Source: Acidobacteriota bacterium | GTDB lineage: Bacteria; Acidobacteriota; UBA4820; DSQY01 | Length of the DNA: 64,000 bases | Direction: 5' to 3' | Assembly: GCA_049967655.1 (NCBI GenBank) | Contig: JBMFSH010000003.1 | Location: 64,001 to 128,000 of the forward strand | In this document: in pieces, positions 28,312 through 38,768 of the stretch | Layout: every line of letters starts with the position of its first letter | Position numbering within the stretch: the first letter of the stretch is position 1 | Position numbers and translations under genes: made by a program | Notes under the pieces: model-generated | Databases searched by the model: none | Told to the model about the DNA's origin: nothing | Seen by the model: only the letters and a program-made list of their open reading frames with translations

Positions 28312-30208
28312 GCGCGTCCTCTCCGTCGCGCTTCACCAGCGCGCGTCCGTCCAGAATGTAGGCCAGATCCCCGGTGGAGAGAAGCGCTCCCCCCATCCAC
28401 TCGGGAACCATCTCCAGGGGTGGGCCCCAGGGGAGGATCACCACCCGCTCGCTCTGGTACACCCGCGAGACGATCAGGACGCGGTCGCGCTGGGGAGCGC
28501 CGATCCGAAGGGCGTAGCCCCCGCCGTCCTGGGGGCCGGGTCCCCAGCGCAGGACGGGAAGCAGGTCGCCGTTGTCCTCGAGGTAGCGCCTCGACCCCTG
28601 TCGGACCAGGGGATGGGCGGCCAGGTCGAGGATGGCCTGAACCTGCGAGGAGGGGAGGCCGTAACGGAGCTCGTCCCCCCATCCGAAGACCAGGACCCGG
28701 GTCAGGGTGACGGCGGAGGGGAGCACGAGGGAGAAGCGGCTGCCTGCCCCGGTCTCGGTGGCCATTTCGATGTGGCCGCCCAGGGACTCCACGGCCGCGC
28801 GGACCACGTCCAGGCCCACGCCGCGCCCGCTCACTTCGGAGACCTCCTTCCGGGTGGTGAAGGCCGGCAGGGTGAGGAGTTCGAGCAGGCGGTCCCGATC
28901 GAGCAGGGCCGCCTCCTGGGGGCTGTACAGCCCGCGCTCCGCGGCGGCCTGGCGCACCGCCTCGAGGTCGATGCCCCGGCCGTCGTCCTCCAGGGTCACG
29001 AAGAGCGCCTCCCCCTCCCGGGTGATGGAGAGCTTCAGTAGACCCACCGCCGGCTTGCCCGCCGCCGCCCGCTCCGCTGGGGCTTCGATGCCGTGGTCCA
29101 CGGCGTTGCGGGCGAGGTGCATGAGCGGATCCAGCAGCTTCTCCAGCACCGAGCGGTCCACCTGCTGGTCCGCACCCGCGTGCTCGAACCGCACGGGCTT
29201 GCCCAGGCGCCCAGAGAGCTCCCGGACGGCCCGCCCCAAGCGGTCCACCAGGGAGTCGAAGGGGACCAGGCGCACCGCCAGGACCTGATCGAAGAGTCGG
29301 TTCAGGCTGCTGCGGTGGCTTTCGAGCCAGAAGCGGTGGCGGCGGCGCTCCCGATCCGGAAGGCCGGACTGGAAGGCGTTGAGCTGGAACAGCAGGTCGG
29401 AGGTCTGGGCGAGCAGGGCGTCGAGATCTGCCGACTGGACCCGCAGGCTGCCCACCAGAACCTGGTCGGGGCGGGCGGCGGCCGGGGAGGCCTCGCGCTC
29501 CAGGCTCACACCGGACACCTCCGAGAGCCCCTGGATGCTCTTGGCCAGCTCCTTGACCTGCGGCGAATCGGGCAGGAGGAAGGCGGCGGAGCGCAGGTTG
29601 CCGGCCTGGACCTCCGCCAGTCCAGGCTCCATGACGAAATCCGGGAAGGCCCCCCGCACCTTGTTCATCACCACCGCCAGGCGCGCGGCCGGCAGCGGGG
29701 AGGCCGGATCGATGGTCACCGTGACCCTCAGGGAGGGGGCGGCCCGGCCGGAAGGTGGCACGGCGGGCGGTTGGCTGGCCGGAGGGGGCGGAGCGGGGCG
29801 GTCGGACGGCGAGGCGGGGAGGGCGGCCGGCCCCTCCGGTCCCGCGTCGAGGCCCCGGATGGCGCGCTCGACGGCGGCTTCGAGCCCCTGGTCCGCGCCC
29901 GTCGCCTGGGCCTGGTCCACGAGGGAATCGAGGGCGTCCAGGGCCGCCAGGAGGGCGGAGGATTGGCCGGCCGTCGGGGCCTCTCCGTCCCGCCAGCGGC
30001 CCAGCAGGGTCTCCATCCGGTGGGCCAGGGAGCTCGTGGCCTCGAAGCCCATGGAGGCCGCCATGCCCTTGAGCGAGTGGGCGCTGCGGAACAGCTCGGC
30101 GAGGGCGGACCTCTGCACCTCCTCTCCGGAGGGGATGCCCCGCCGCATCCGGGCGAGGTGCTCCCTGCACTCGGAGACGTACAGGTCGAGATACTTGGAG
30201 GTGTCCAT
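28289..30208 (-). CDS. cheA: Chemotaxis histidine kinase CheA
   Basis: Hpt FRSAHSLKGMA, HLARNAVDHGIE, DDGRGID, SGRGVGLDVV, C-terminal CheW domain. Confidence 0.94.
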   Translation of the reverse strand: MDTSKYLDLYVSECREHLARMRRGIPSGEEVQRSALAELFRSAHSLKGMAASMGFEATSSLAHRMETLLGRWRDGEAPTAGQSSALLAALDALDSLVDQAQATGADQGLEAAVERAIRGLDAGPEGPAALPASPSDRPAPPPPASQPPAVPPSGRAAPSLRVTVTIDPASPLPAARLAVVMNKVRGAFPDFVMEPGLAEVQAGNLRSAAFLLPDSPQVKELAKSIQGLSEVSGVSLEREASPAAARPDQVLVGSLRVQSADLDALLAQTSDLLFQLNAFQSGLPDRERRRHRFWLESHRSSLNRLFDQVLAVRLVPFDSLVDRLGRAVRELSGRLGKPVRFEHAGADQQVDRSVLEKLLDPLMHLARNAVDHGIEAPAERAAAGKPAVGLLKLSITREGEALFVTLEDDGRGIDLEAVRQAAAERGLYSPQEAALLDRDRLLELLTLPAFTTRKEVSEVSGRGVGLDVVRAAVESLGGHIEMATETGAGSRFSLVLPSAVTLTRVLVFGWGDELRYGLPSSQVQAILDLAAHPLVRQGSRRYLEDNGDLLPVLRWGPGPQDGGGYALRIGAPQRDRVLIVSRVYQSERVVILPWGPPLEMVPEWMGGALLSTGDLAYILDGRALVKRDGEDAHVQADDG

Positions 30209-30237
30209 GAGCGCCGCCCGCGGCCCGGCCCGACGGG

Positions 30238-30606
30238 TCAACCGACCATGACGGAGTCGAGCACCTTGAGCACCTTCTCCGCGGAGAAGGGCTTGACGAT
30301 GAAGTCCTTGGCCCCCGCGGCGATGGATTCGATGACCAGGGCCTCCTGGCCGAGTGCGGAGCACATGATGATCCTGGCCTTGGGCGAGGTCTTGAGGATC
30401 TCCCGGCACGCCTCGATGCCGTCCATCTGCGGCATGACGATGTCCATCGTGACCAGGTCGGGAGCGAGGGCGCGGAACTGCTCCACCGCCTCCTGGCCGT
30501 TCGAGGCCTCGCCCACCACTTCGTACCGGCCCGAGTTGACGAGGATGTCCCGGATCATGGCCCTCATGAACATGGCGTCGTCGACAATGAGAACCCTATG
30601 AGGCAT
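30238..30606 (-). CDS. cheY: CheY response regulator
   Basis: VLIVDDAMFMR, TMDIVMP, CSALGQ, FIVKPF. Confidence 0.93.
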   Translation of the reverse strand: MPHRVLIVDDAMFMRAMIRDILVNSGRYEVVGEASNGQEAVEQFRALAPDLVTMDIVMPQMDGIEACREILKTSPKARIIMCSALGQEALVIESIAAGAKDFIVKPFSAEKVLKVLDSVMVG

Positions 30607-31051
30607 GGTCTCTCCCAGCGGTTTGGTAGTGCACGGACAGGGCCATGGCCCGACTCAGTTCGGCGGCCACGGCGGAGGGGTTGATCACGCCCACCCACTC
30701 CTGGTTCCATGGATAGAGGCCGCCCCAGATCCCCTCGTTCTTCTCCTCTCGCAGGGCGAGTTCGTCGTATGCAACCACGTCCTCCACCGTGCCCACGGTG
30801 AGCGCCAGGTGCCCCAGCGGCGAGGCGAGCCGGAGCAGAAGCTCCTGCCCCTCCGCGGCTGGAGGCTCGTCCACGAGGGCTGGCGTGTCCAGCACGGTCA
30901 CGAGCTGGCCCTTGAGGAAGGCGGCGGCCCGCAGATAGGGATAGGAGGCCGGGAGCGGGTAGAGCCTGGGAAGGGGAGAGATCTCCGCCAGGTGGTCCGT
31001 CAGAAATCCCACCGGCCGGTCCGCCACCCGTGCCACCAGCAGCTTGCGCAT
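30596..31051 (-). CDS. cheW: Divergent CheW-like protein
   Basis: Position in the cluster; LKGQLVTVLD and LALTVGTVEDV resemble the CheW core. Confidence 0.7.
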   Translation of the reverse strand: MRKLLVARVADRPVGFLTDHLAEISPLPRLYPLPASYPYLRAAAFLKGQLVTVLDTPALVDEPPAAEGQELLLRLASPLGHLALTVGTVEDVVAYDELALREEKNEGIWGGLYPWNQEWVGVINPSAVAAELSRAMALSVHYQTAGRDHAS

Positions 31052-31118
31052 TCCTCTCCCCATCCAACTCCCGGGACCTGCTCCACGGGGGCCCTTGGAA
31101 GGCCCGGGAGCCTCCCGG

Positions 31119-32357
31119 CTACAGCTTGAACCTCTCCACGAGGGACCGGAGGCGGTTCGCCTCCTCCAGCAGAGCCTTGGCCTGCTGGTCGATCTCTTCC
31201 ATGCTGGCGGTGGTCTCCTGAGTGGCGGCCGAAGCCTCCTGCGTGCCCGCGGCGTTGTCCGTGGCCACGGAGCGGATCTCCTCCATGGACTTGCTCAGGG
31301 CCGCGGCGCCCTGGGCCTGAATGGCCGCCTCTCGGGCGATGGCGCGGATGGACTCGCGCGTCTGCTCGGCGCCCGCGCTGATCCCCTCCAGGGCCCGCGC
31401 GGCCGTTTCGGTGACCTTCTGCCCCAGGCGGGCCGCGGCGCGCGTCTCCTCCATACGGCCGGCCACCTCCTGGGTGCGTCCGGTGATCTCCTGCGCGAGC
31501 CTGGCGATCTGGGCGGCGAGCTCGCGGGTGTTTTCGGCCAGCCGGCGGACCTCCTCTGCCACCACCGCGAAGCCCCGTCCCGCATCGCCCGCCCGCGCCG
31601 CCTCGATGGTGGCGTTGAGGGCGAGGATGTGGGTCTGGTGGCTGAGGGTGGTGATGGTTTCCACGAGGTTGTGAATCTCCCCGGCCTGCTCGCGGAAAGT
31701 GCCCACCAAGCCGGCGGAGCGCTCCACGTGACCCAGGATGCCGTCCATCGCCTGGGCGGCCTCGGTAGAGGCGGCCTTGCCCTCCCGGGCCTTCTCGGCC
31801 GATACCACGGCCTGCTCCTCCGTGGACCGGCTCCTCTCAGCGATGGCCGAAGCGGAGGCAGCCACGTTGTCGGTCACGCCGGCGGCCTCCTCCAGGCTGG
31901 CGGCCTGGGTTTCGGCCCCCTTGGCGATGTTCTGGATGTTGCTGGCCACCTCCGCGGTGGAGCCCGTGACCTGGGCGGTGGAGACGGTGAGGTTCTGGGC
32001 CGCGTCGTACATCATGCCCGAGCTGGTCTGGACCTGCCGGACGAGCTCGCGGAGGCTGGTGACCATGGCGTCCAGGGACTTGGCGAGGGAGCCCACCTCG
32101 TCCCGGGAGTCCACGGGGATCTCGGCCGAGAGGTCGCCCGCTGCGAGGCGGGTGCTGATCTGCACCAGCCGCGTGAGCCTCCGGGTGAGCAGGCCCGCCC
32201 AGACGAAGGCCGCGAACCCGGCCACCAGAAGCCCGAAGAAGATCTTCAGCCACGCGTTCTGAGCGGCGTTGATGGGATTCACGTGGTCCAGAACGAGGCC
32301 GAAGAGGATAGGGACGAAGACCACCAGGATAAAGGCCAGCCCGATCTTCACCTTCAT
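31119..32357 (-). CDS. Methyl-accepting chemotaxis protein without a periplasmic sensor domain
   Basis: Two closely spaced TMs, [35 protein letters not shown]. Confidence 0.93.
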   Translation of the reverse strand: MKVKIGLAFILVVFVPILFGLVLDHVNPINAAQNAWLKIFFGLLVAGFAAFVWAGLLTRRLTRLVQISTRLAAGDLSAEIPVDSRDEVGSLAKSLDAMVTSLRELVRQVQTSSGMMYDAAQNLTVSTAQVTGSTAEVASNIQNIAKGAETQAASLEEAAGVTDNVAASASAIAERSRSTEEQAVVSAEKAREGKAASTEAAQAMDGILGHVERSAGLVGTFREQAGEIHNLVETITTLSHQTHILALNATIEAARAGDAGRGFAVVAEEVRRLAENTRELAAQIARLAQEITGRTQEVAGRMEETRAAARLGQKVTETAARALEGISAGAEQTRESIRAIAREAAIQAQGAAALSKSMEEIRSVATDNAAGTQEASAATQETTASMEEIDQQAKALLEEANRLRSLVERFKL

Positions 32358-33154
32358 GCGCCACCCCACGCTTTGGCGTATACCTTACATCCCGCGTCAA
32401 CGGCTGCCAAGCCCTCCGGGCGCTTCCGGCCCACCGATTCGGCCCTGCCGAGCACCAGCAGCCCGCCCGGAACGAGCGCCTGAACGGCCCGCCGGAGCAG
32501 TCTCTCCTGGGCCTCCTCCGTCAGGTAAATGAAGAGGTTACGCAACAACAGCACGTGAAGGCCCCTTCCCGGAAAGCCCCGAGTCAAATCACAGCACAGA
32601 GGCAAGATCCTGTCCGCCACCGCGGGAACGACCCTGGCTTCCGCCACCTCGTCCTTAAAATACCGCTCTCTCAGCCGATTGTCCAACTTGGCCAGGGATT
32701 TGGCGGCCAGCCGGCCCCGTCGCAGCCCGTGCAGCGCCCGCCGCGAACGGTCCACCGCCAGAATCCGCCCTTCCAGGCCCATCTCGCTGAAGAGGATGGC
32801 CAGGCTCACGGCCTCCTCACCCGTGGAGCAGGGGGCGCTCATGGCCCGGAGGGGCGTCCAGCCCGGCAGCCCGGCCCTCTCCCGAAGGGCCGAGCGGAGC
32901 ACGGCGAAGACCTCGGGGTTGCGGAAGAGCTCGGTGGTCGGGACCAGGAGCTTCTGAGCCAGGATGCGCGCCTCTCCGCGGTGCTCCTCCAGGTAGGCCA
33001 GGTAGCTCGCCGCGTCGGCACACCCCGTGGCCCGCAACCGTGGAGTCAGGCGGCGCTCCAGGAAGGTGGGGCGGTAGTCCTCGCCGCAAAGGCCCGTGGC
33101 GCGGTTGATCCAGCTCCGGAGAGCCGTGAGGTCAGCTTCGGATAATAAACTCAT
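32354..33154 (-). CDS. cheR: CheR methyltransferase
   Basis: [30 protein letters not shown]. Confidence 0.88.
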   Translation of the reverse strand: MSLLSEADLTALRSWINRATGLCGEDYRPTFLERRLTPRLRATGCADAASYLAYLEEHRGEARILAQKLLVPTTELFRNPEVFAVLRSALRERAGLPGWTPLRAMSAPCSTGEEAVSLAILFSEMGLEGRILAVDRSRRALHGLRRGRLAAKSLAKLDNRLRERYFKDEVAEARVVPAVADRILPLCCDLTRGFPGRGLHVLLLRNLFIYLTEEAQERLLRRAVQALVPGGLLVLGRAESVGRKRPEGLAAVDAGCKVYAKAWGGA

Positions 33155-33175
33155 GCCCGACCTCGCGCAGGGTGC

Positions 33176-33301
33176 GCAAGAGCGTTCTCCAGCGCCCGAC
33201 GGTTGGAGAGGGCACGACGCATCGGCCTCTGGAGAGGCCTCCCACAGACCTTCGGCGTCCCGGTGTCTCGCGCCTGGCGTCTCACTCCTCACTTCTCACT
33301 T
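33176..33301. repeat. REP doublet plus heptamer module (left arm)
   Basis: Imperfect inverted counterpart of 34733-34843. Confidence 0.65.
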
Positions 33302-33306
33302 CCCAC

Positions 33307-34719
33307 TTATCCCCTGACCGCCCTCGCGACCGCTCCCTCCAGCCAACCGGCCGCATCGGGTTCCGGGGCGCTCAGGCACCCCACGACGGTCCCCTCGCCG
33401 CCCCGCAGGCGACCCGGCGGCGGGGCGTAGGCGCACAGGGCCTGCGCGAGCGTCAGCCGCTCGGCGGCAGGCTCCCTCGTGAGCAAGGCGTAGAGGTTGC
33501 GCAGCGGATCGTGGTCCTCGATGGGGAAGTCGCTCCCCAGGAGCAGCGCGAGGCCCGCCCGCGCGAGGCTTCCCCAGGGATACGCGGCCGCCATGCGGGC
33601 GCCCAGGCGCTCGGCGGCCCAGGAGCGGTCCGATAGGTAGTGGCACGGCTGGATCGAGGCGGTGACGCCTCCCGCCCGCATGCGCCCGATGGAGGTCTGC
33701 GGAAGCAATTGGGCGTGCTCGATACGCGAACCCTTGGGCCAGCCCGCCGCCTGGAGCGAGTCCAGCGCGATCCGAGCGGCGCGGTCCCCGATGGCGTGGA
33801 TGGCGGGCGGCAGGCCGAGGAGGGCGAGGCGGCGGACCGTCTCGTTCAGCACCTCAGGCTCCCAGATCAGCAAGCCCCTTTCACCCGGCGCGTCGTCGTA
33901 GTCCGCCTCCAGACAGGCCCCCCGGCTCCCCAGAGCGCCGTCGGCGTACAGCTTTGCCCCGGCGACCCGGAAGCTCGAGCCCCGATGCACGGGGAGATCG
34001 TCAAGGCCCGTGCGGGCCACGTCGAGATAGCCGTCCAGGGGGATGGGGAGCTCCCCCTCCGCCTCCATCTGCCGCAGGGTCTCCACGTGGGCGCGCTCCA
34101 GCCCCATGTCCGTGGCGCCGCACAGCCCCTTGGCTCTCAGGGAGCCGAGCCCCGAGCGCAGCCATCGGCGCAGCTCCTGCCGTGCGGGTGGGGGAACCCT
34201 TCGGGCGACGAGCTCCATGGCCGCGTCCACGAGGAGGCCTGTGGGGACTCCGTTCTCCCTGAAGATGAAACCGCCCGGAGGATCGGGCGTGGACTCGCCG
34301 ACCTCTCCCTCCCGCAGGGCGGCCGAGTTGACCCAGGCGGCGTGGCCGTCGATGCGCCGGAGGAACACGGGGCGCTCCGGGAAGGCGTCGTCTAAGAGTC
34401 TCCGGTGGGGGAAACCGCCTTCCCAGAGGTTCTGGTCCCAGCCGAAGCCCTCCAGCCAGGCGTCCGCCGGCAGGGAGGAGGCCGGCCCCGCGAGCCTCGC
34501 CACGGCCTCCTCCGGCGAGCGGGCGCCGCGGAGGTCCGCCTGGCAGAGGAGCGCACCCAGCGCGGCCACGTGGCCGTGGTGGTCCCACAGGGGCGGAAGG
34601 AGGACCAGGAAGGGGGCCCCGTCGAGGGCCGGATCGGTCCGCGCCGCCTCGGTCAGGCCTCCCGGAAGAGGGGCGGGGACAAAAACGCCCTCAGCCCGCC
34701 AACTTAAAATCTGCTGCAC
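33307..34719 (-). CDS. Amidohydrolase (YtcJ / amidohydro_3-like)
   Basis: DHHGH, RIDGHAAWVNS, KLYADGALGSRGA, HAIGD, RIEHAQ, GSDFP; GTG after AAGGAGG. Confidence 0.9.
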   Translation of the reverse strand: MQQILSWRAEGVFVPAPLPGGLTEAARTDPALDGAPFLVLLPPLWDHHGHVAALGALLCQADLRGARSPEEAVARLAGPASSLPADAWLEGFGWDQNLWEGGFPHRRLLDDAFPERPVFLRRIDGHAAWVNSAALREGEVGESTPDPPGGFIFRENGVPTGLLVDAAMELVARRVPPPARQELRRWLRSGLGSLRAKGLCGATDMGLERAHVETLRQMEAEGELPIPLDGYLDVARTGLDDLPVHRGSSFRVAGAKLYADGALGSRGACLEADYDDAPGERGLLIWEPEVLNETVRRLALLGLPPAIHAIGDRAARIALDSLQAAGWPKGSRIEHAQLLPQTSIGRMRAGGVTASIQPCHYLSDRSWAAERLGARMAAAYPWGSLARAGLALLLGSDFPIEDHDPLRNLYALLTREPAAERLTLAQALCAYAPPPGRLRGGEGTVVGCLSAPEPDAAGWLEGAVARAVRG

Positions 34720-34732
34720 CGGGCCTCCTTGC

Positions 34733-34843
34733 GTGAGACGTGAGACGCTAGACGCGAGAGGCGGGTGGCATACTGGGAGGGCCTCTCCAGAGGCCGATTC
34801 GCCGTTCGCTTCCCGCCTAGCGCGCCCTGGAGAGCGTTCCCAC
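34733..34843. repeat. REP doublet plus heptamer module (right arm)
   Basis: Reverse complement aligns with 33176-33301 in three blocks. Confidence 0.65.
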
Positions 34844-34941
34844 GTGCCCTTACAGCCGTCAGCCATTTTTCCCGATTCGTATGTCGTGCTTCCCCAACCC
34901 CTTGGTGTCTTGGTGGTGGATCTCTATCTTTATCTTTTGCC

Positions 34942-36246
34942 CTACAACGTCGCCAGGGCGTCGTCGAGGTCTCCCATGATGTCCTCGGCGGCCTCCAGTC
35001 CGATGCTGATGCGGATCCCTCCCGGATCGATGCCCGCCTCCACCTGCGCCTCCAGCGGCAGGGGGGCGTGGGTCATGGAGGAGGGGTGCTCGATGAGCGT
35101 CCGAACCTGCCCCAGGGAAACCGCCAGGGTCAGCGTGAGGGCGTTCTCGGCCAGGTGGTTCATGAGCTTGCGGCCGCGCTCCCTGGCCTCCTCGGGGCTT
35201 CCCTTGAGGACGAAGTAGATCATGATGCCGGGGGCGAAGGCGCCGTCCTGGTCGAGCATCTGCTTGCGCGCCAGGACGTGCTGGGGATGGCTGGGCAGGC
35301 CGGGGTAGAGGACGCGCTCCACGGCGGGATGGCCCTCCAGGAAGCGGGCCACCTTGAGGGCCGTCTCGTTCTGGCGCCGCGATCTCAGGGCCAGGGTCGG
35401 GAGTCCGTAGACGAGGGCCGGCCATGCGGCCTTGGGCGCCAGGGGTGCGCCGAAGTCCTTCCGGAAGAGGAGGATGTCCGGCTCCAGGAGCTGGGGCCCT
35501 ACCCAGACACCGCCCATGTCGGTGCCGAAGCCCCCCACGTTCTTGGTGATGGACTGTACCGCCACGTCCGCGCCGAGGGTGATGGGACGCTGGCTGAAGG
35601 GGGTGGCGAAGGTGTTGTCCACGACGATGAAGATGCGCCGCTTCTTGGGGTTCCGCACGGCGTTGGCCCGGTCCACCGCGGCCCTGACGGCCGCGATGTC
35701 CACCAGCTCCAGCACGGGGTTGGTGGGGGTCTCGAAGTAGACCGCCACCACCTCGTCGGTCATCATGGCCTCCACCGCCTCCACGTCCTTCATGTCCACC
35801 ATCTTCACCGTGATGCCGAAGCGCGGGAGCCAGTTCTTCATGAGCGAGTAGGTGCAGCCGTAGAGGGTGTGGTGGACGAGGATGGTATCCCCCGACTTGG
35901 CCAGCACCCCCAGGCTTGCGGTGATGGCCGCCATGCCCGTGGAGAAGGCCACCGCGCACTCGCCCTCCTCGGCCGCGGCGAGATTGTCCTCCAGCATGGA
36001 GCGGCTCGGCTCGTCCAGGCGGTCGTAAATGTAGATGGGAGGGAGGACGTGGCGGTTGAACTCGGGGTTGGCGAAGGCCTGGAAGCCCCGGGCCCCCCGC
36101 TCGACGCTCTCGAGCCGGTAGGCCGCGGAGGCCGAGATGGGCGGGACGATGTGGTCGCTGTAATCCCAGTGGGGCGAGTGAAAATCGCCGTGGATGAGGC
36201 GGGTCTCCTTGTGGTACCGCCGCTTTCTCTCCTTCTTGTCGGTCAT
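34942..36246 (-). CDS. PLP-dependent transsulfuration enzyme (methionine gamma-lyase / cystathionine gamma-synthase family)
   Basis: FSTGMAAI, FETPTNP, VDNTFATP, SITKNVGG, AVSLG, IRISIGLE. Confidence 0.9.
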   Translation of the reverse strand: MTDKKERKRRYHKETRLIHGDFHSPHWDYSDHIVPPISASAAYRLESVERGARGFQAFANPEFNRHVLPPIYIYDRLDEPSRSMLEDNLAAAEEGECAVAFSTGMAAITASLGVLAKSGDTILVHHTLYGCTYSLMKNWLPRFGITVKMVDMKDVEAVEAMMTDEVVAVYFETPTNPVLELVDIAAVRAAVDRANAVRNPKKRRIFIVVDNTFATPFSQRPITLGADVAVQSITKNVGGFGTDMGGVWVGPQLLEPDILLFRKDFGAPLAPKAAWPALVYGLPTLALRSRRQNETALKVARFLEGHPAVERVLYPGLPSHPQHVLARKQMLDQDGAFAPGIMIYFVLKGSPEEARERGRKLMNHLAENALTLTLAVSLGQVRTLIEHPSSMTHAPLPLEAQVEAGIDPGGIRISIGLEAAEDIMGDLDDALATL

Positions 36247-36286
36247 GGGTCTGCCCTCCTCGCGGCCATTGTACAACAGTGAGATT

Positions 36287-36679
36287 CATGCCTGTCCAAA
36301 ATAGAGCGCCTTGTCGGCTCCGGACCACGGCTGGGCCTGGGCCGCGCCTTGGGCGCGGCGCTGGGGGCCTGGTCCGGGCGCGTCCACGCCAGCGTGGCCG
36401 CGCTCCGGCCGCAGTCCCCCAGCCGCCCTTCGAGCGCCAGCCCCAGCCTCGTCCAATACGAACAGTCCCCCCACCCTCCACAGGTGCGCCGGCGGCGACG
36501 GACCTCCTGCTGCGTCACGCTTCGGCGTCCGCATCCTCAGCGTACAGGGAGTACGCTTGCGGTGCGGCCGCCTCGCTTTCCTTACATGAGGCCCATCGGC
36601 GCCGGGACGCGCCTTCCTCCGCTTCGCTCCGGAAGGCAGACCGCACCGGTGCGAGCTGAAATTATTTTGGACAGCTATG
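36287..36679. mobile_element. MITE family A, copy 2 (393 bp)
   Basis: CATGCCTGTCCAAAATA ... TATTTTGGACAGCTATG; 9-bp duplication AGTGAGATT at 36278-36286 and 36680-36688. Confidence 0.9.
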
Positions 36680-36895
36680 AGTGAGATTGGGAGGCCGGGG
36701 TCCGGAATTGGAAAAAGTAATCACCACAGAGGCGCAGAGACGCAGAGGGATTGCGAAGGGCAAAGGGCGGCAGGCCGATTGGAAACGGGCACCGTGGGAA
36801 GGTGTCACCTGCTCGCCCCTTTCGATCACTAAGTTCGCTTCTGTGGCTCGGAAGGATTCCAGCGCCCACATTGTTGCGGGAGAGCGAGGTGAGCG

Positions 36896-38386
36896 ATGGC
36901 GGTTCCCGTTCCTGCACTGCGAGTCAGAAGCCTCACCCCGGCTCCCGTCAACGGAGACGGCGAGTGGGTTCTCTACTGGATGGTCGGGGCGCGCAGGACG
37001 CGCTACAACTTCGCCCTCCAGAGGGCCGCCTTCTGGGCCGCCGAGCTGGGCCGGCCGCTGCTGGTCCTGGAGGCCCTCCGGTGCGACTATCCCTGGGCGA
37101 GCGACCGCCTCCACCGGTTCATCCTCGACGGCATGGCCGAGAACCGGCGCGCCTTCGGACGGGCTGGAGTGACCTACCACCCGTACGTGGAGCCCGCCGT
37201 CGGCGCCGGGCGTGGACTCCTGGAAGCGCTCGCCGCCGGGGCCGGCGTCGTCGTCACGGACGACTCTCCCGCCTTCTTTCTGCCGCGCATGGTGGCCTCC
37301 GCTGCGGCCCGGGTGCCCGTGCTCGTGGAGGCGGTGGACGGCAACGGCCTGCTGCCGGTGCGGGCGGCCGACCGGGCCTTCCCCACCGCCCACGCCTTCC
37401 GTCGGTTTCTCCAGGGCGCCCTCGTGACCCATCTCTCCGAGCTTCCCCAGCCCGATCCCCTCCCGCCGAAGGGAGCGGGAAGGGGCGCCGCCCTTCCCGA
37501 GGAGGTCCTGCGCCGCTGGCCGCCGGCTGATCGTGGGCTGCTCGACGGCCAGCCCGGCGCGCTGGCCGCGCTCCCCCTGGACCACGCGGTGAACCCCTCT
37601 CCGCTCCGAGGGGGAGGCGAGGCGGCCCGCGCGGCCTTGGCCACCTTTCTCTCGGAGCGGCTGGAGGGCTACGCCGAGGGACGCAACCGGATCGAGGCCT
37701 GCGCCGCCAGCGGCCTCTCTCCTTATCTCCATTTTGGCCACCTCTCGGCGCACGAGGTGGCCGCCGCGGTGCTGGAGAGAGAGAACTGGAATCCAGGGCG
37801 GCTGGCGCCCAAGGTTACCGGCTCCCGGCAGGGCTGGTGGGGGGCCTCCGCTTCGGCCGAGGCGTTCCTCGACCAGCTCGTCACCTGGAGGGAGCTGGGC
37901 CTCAACGCCGCCGTCCACCTTCCGGCCTACCAGGAGTTCGAGGCCCTGCCCGGCTGGGCCAGGGCCTCGCTTCTCAAGCACGCGCCGGATCCCCGGCCCC
38001 ATTGCTACACGCTGGGCGAGCTGGAGGCCGCCGCCACGCACGATCCCCTCTGGAACGCCGCCCAGCGCCAGTTGGCGAGGGAGGGGATCCTCCACAACTA
38101 CCTCCGCATGCTCTGGGGCAAGAAGATCCTGGAGTGGACTGGCCATCCCCGGGAGGCGCTGGAGGTCATGACCGAGCTGAACAACCGCTTCGCGCTGGAC
38201 GGCAGGGACCCCAATTCGGTGGCGGGCATCTTTTGGACCCTCGGCCGGTACGACCGTCCGTGGGGACCCGAGCGGCCCATCTTCGGCACGGTGCGTTTCA
38301 TGAGCTCCCGGAACACCGCCCGGAAGATGGACGTGACCGGCTATCTCCGGCGCTACGGCTCCGAGGGGGCAGCCCATGGGCGCTGA
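36896..38386 (+). CDS. phr: Class II CPD photolyase
   Basis: VLYWM, SGLSPYLHFG, HNYLRMLWGKKILEW, ALDGRDPNS. Confidence 0.9.
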   Translation: MAVPVPALRVRSLTPAPVNGDGEWVLYWMVGARRTRYNFALQRAAFWAAELGRPLLVLEALRCDYPWASDRLHRFILDGMAENRRAFGRAGVTYHPYVEPAVGAGRGLLEALAAGAGVVVTDDSPAFFLPRMVASAAARVPVLVEAVDGNGLLPVRAADRAFPTAHAFRRFLQGALVTHLSELPQPDPLPPKGAGRGAALPEEVLRRWPPADRGLLDGQPGALAALPLDHAVNPSPLRGGGEAARAALATFLSERLEGYAEGRNRIEACAASGLSPYLHFGHLSAHEVAAAVLERENWNPGRLAPKVTGSRQGWWGASASAEAFLDQLVTWRELGLNAAVHLPAYQEFEALPGWARASLLKHAPDPRPHCYTLGELEAAATHDPLWNAAQRQLAREGILHNYLRMLWGKKILEWTGHPREALEVMTELNNRFALDGRDPNSVAGIFWTLGRYDRPWGPERPIFGTVRFMSSRNTARKMDVTGYLRRYGSEGAAHGR

Positions 38387-38744
38387 CGCCTCCCCCCTGC
38401 GCGTTCTCTACGACGGGGAGTGCGGCCTCTGCCGGGCCCAGGCCCTCTGGCTGCGCAGGCTGGACTGGCGCCGCCGGCTGCGGTGGGAAGATTTTCACGA
38501 ATCGGCGGCGCGGGGAACCTGCCCGGCCGGTCTTGGCCGGGAGGCCCTGGAGCGGTCCCTGCACGTGGTGGCCGCCGACGGGCGGCTCTTCCGGGGCTTC
38601 CTCGCCCTGCGCCGACTGGCCCTGTGCCTGCCGGCGCTGTGGCCCTTTGTCCCCCTTCTCTACCTCCCGGGTGCCGCGAGCCTGGGAGAGCCCCTGTACC
38701 GCCTGGTGGCCCGAAACCGCCACCGGCTGGACCGCGATCGGTGA
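38376..38744 (+). CDS. DCC1-like (DUF393) thiol-disulfide oxidoreductase
   Basis: YDGECGLC, YRLVARNR. Confidence 0.88.
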   Translation: MGADASPLRVLYDGECGLCRAQALWLRRLDWRRRLRWEDFHESAARGTCPAGLGREALERSLHVVAADGRLFRGFLALRRLALCLPALWPFVPLLYLPGAASLGEPLYRLVARNRHRLDRDR

Positions 38745-38768
38745 TGGCGATGGGATGGGGACAAGGGA

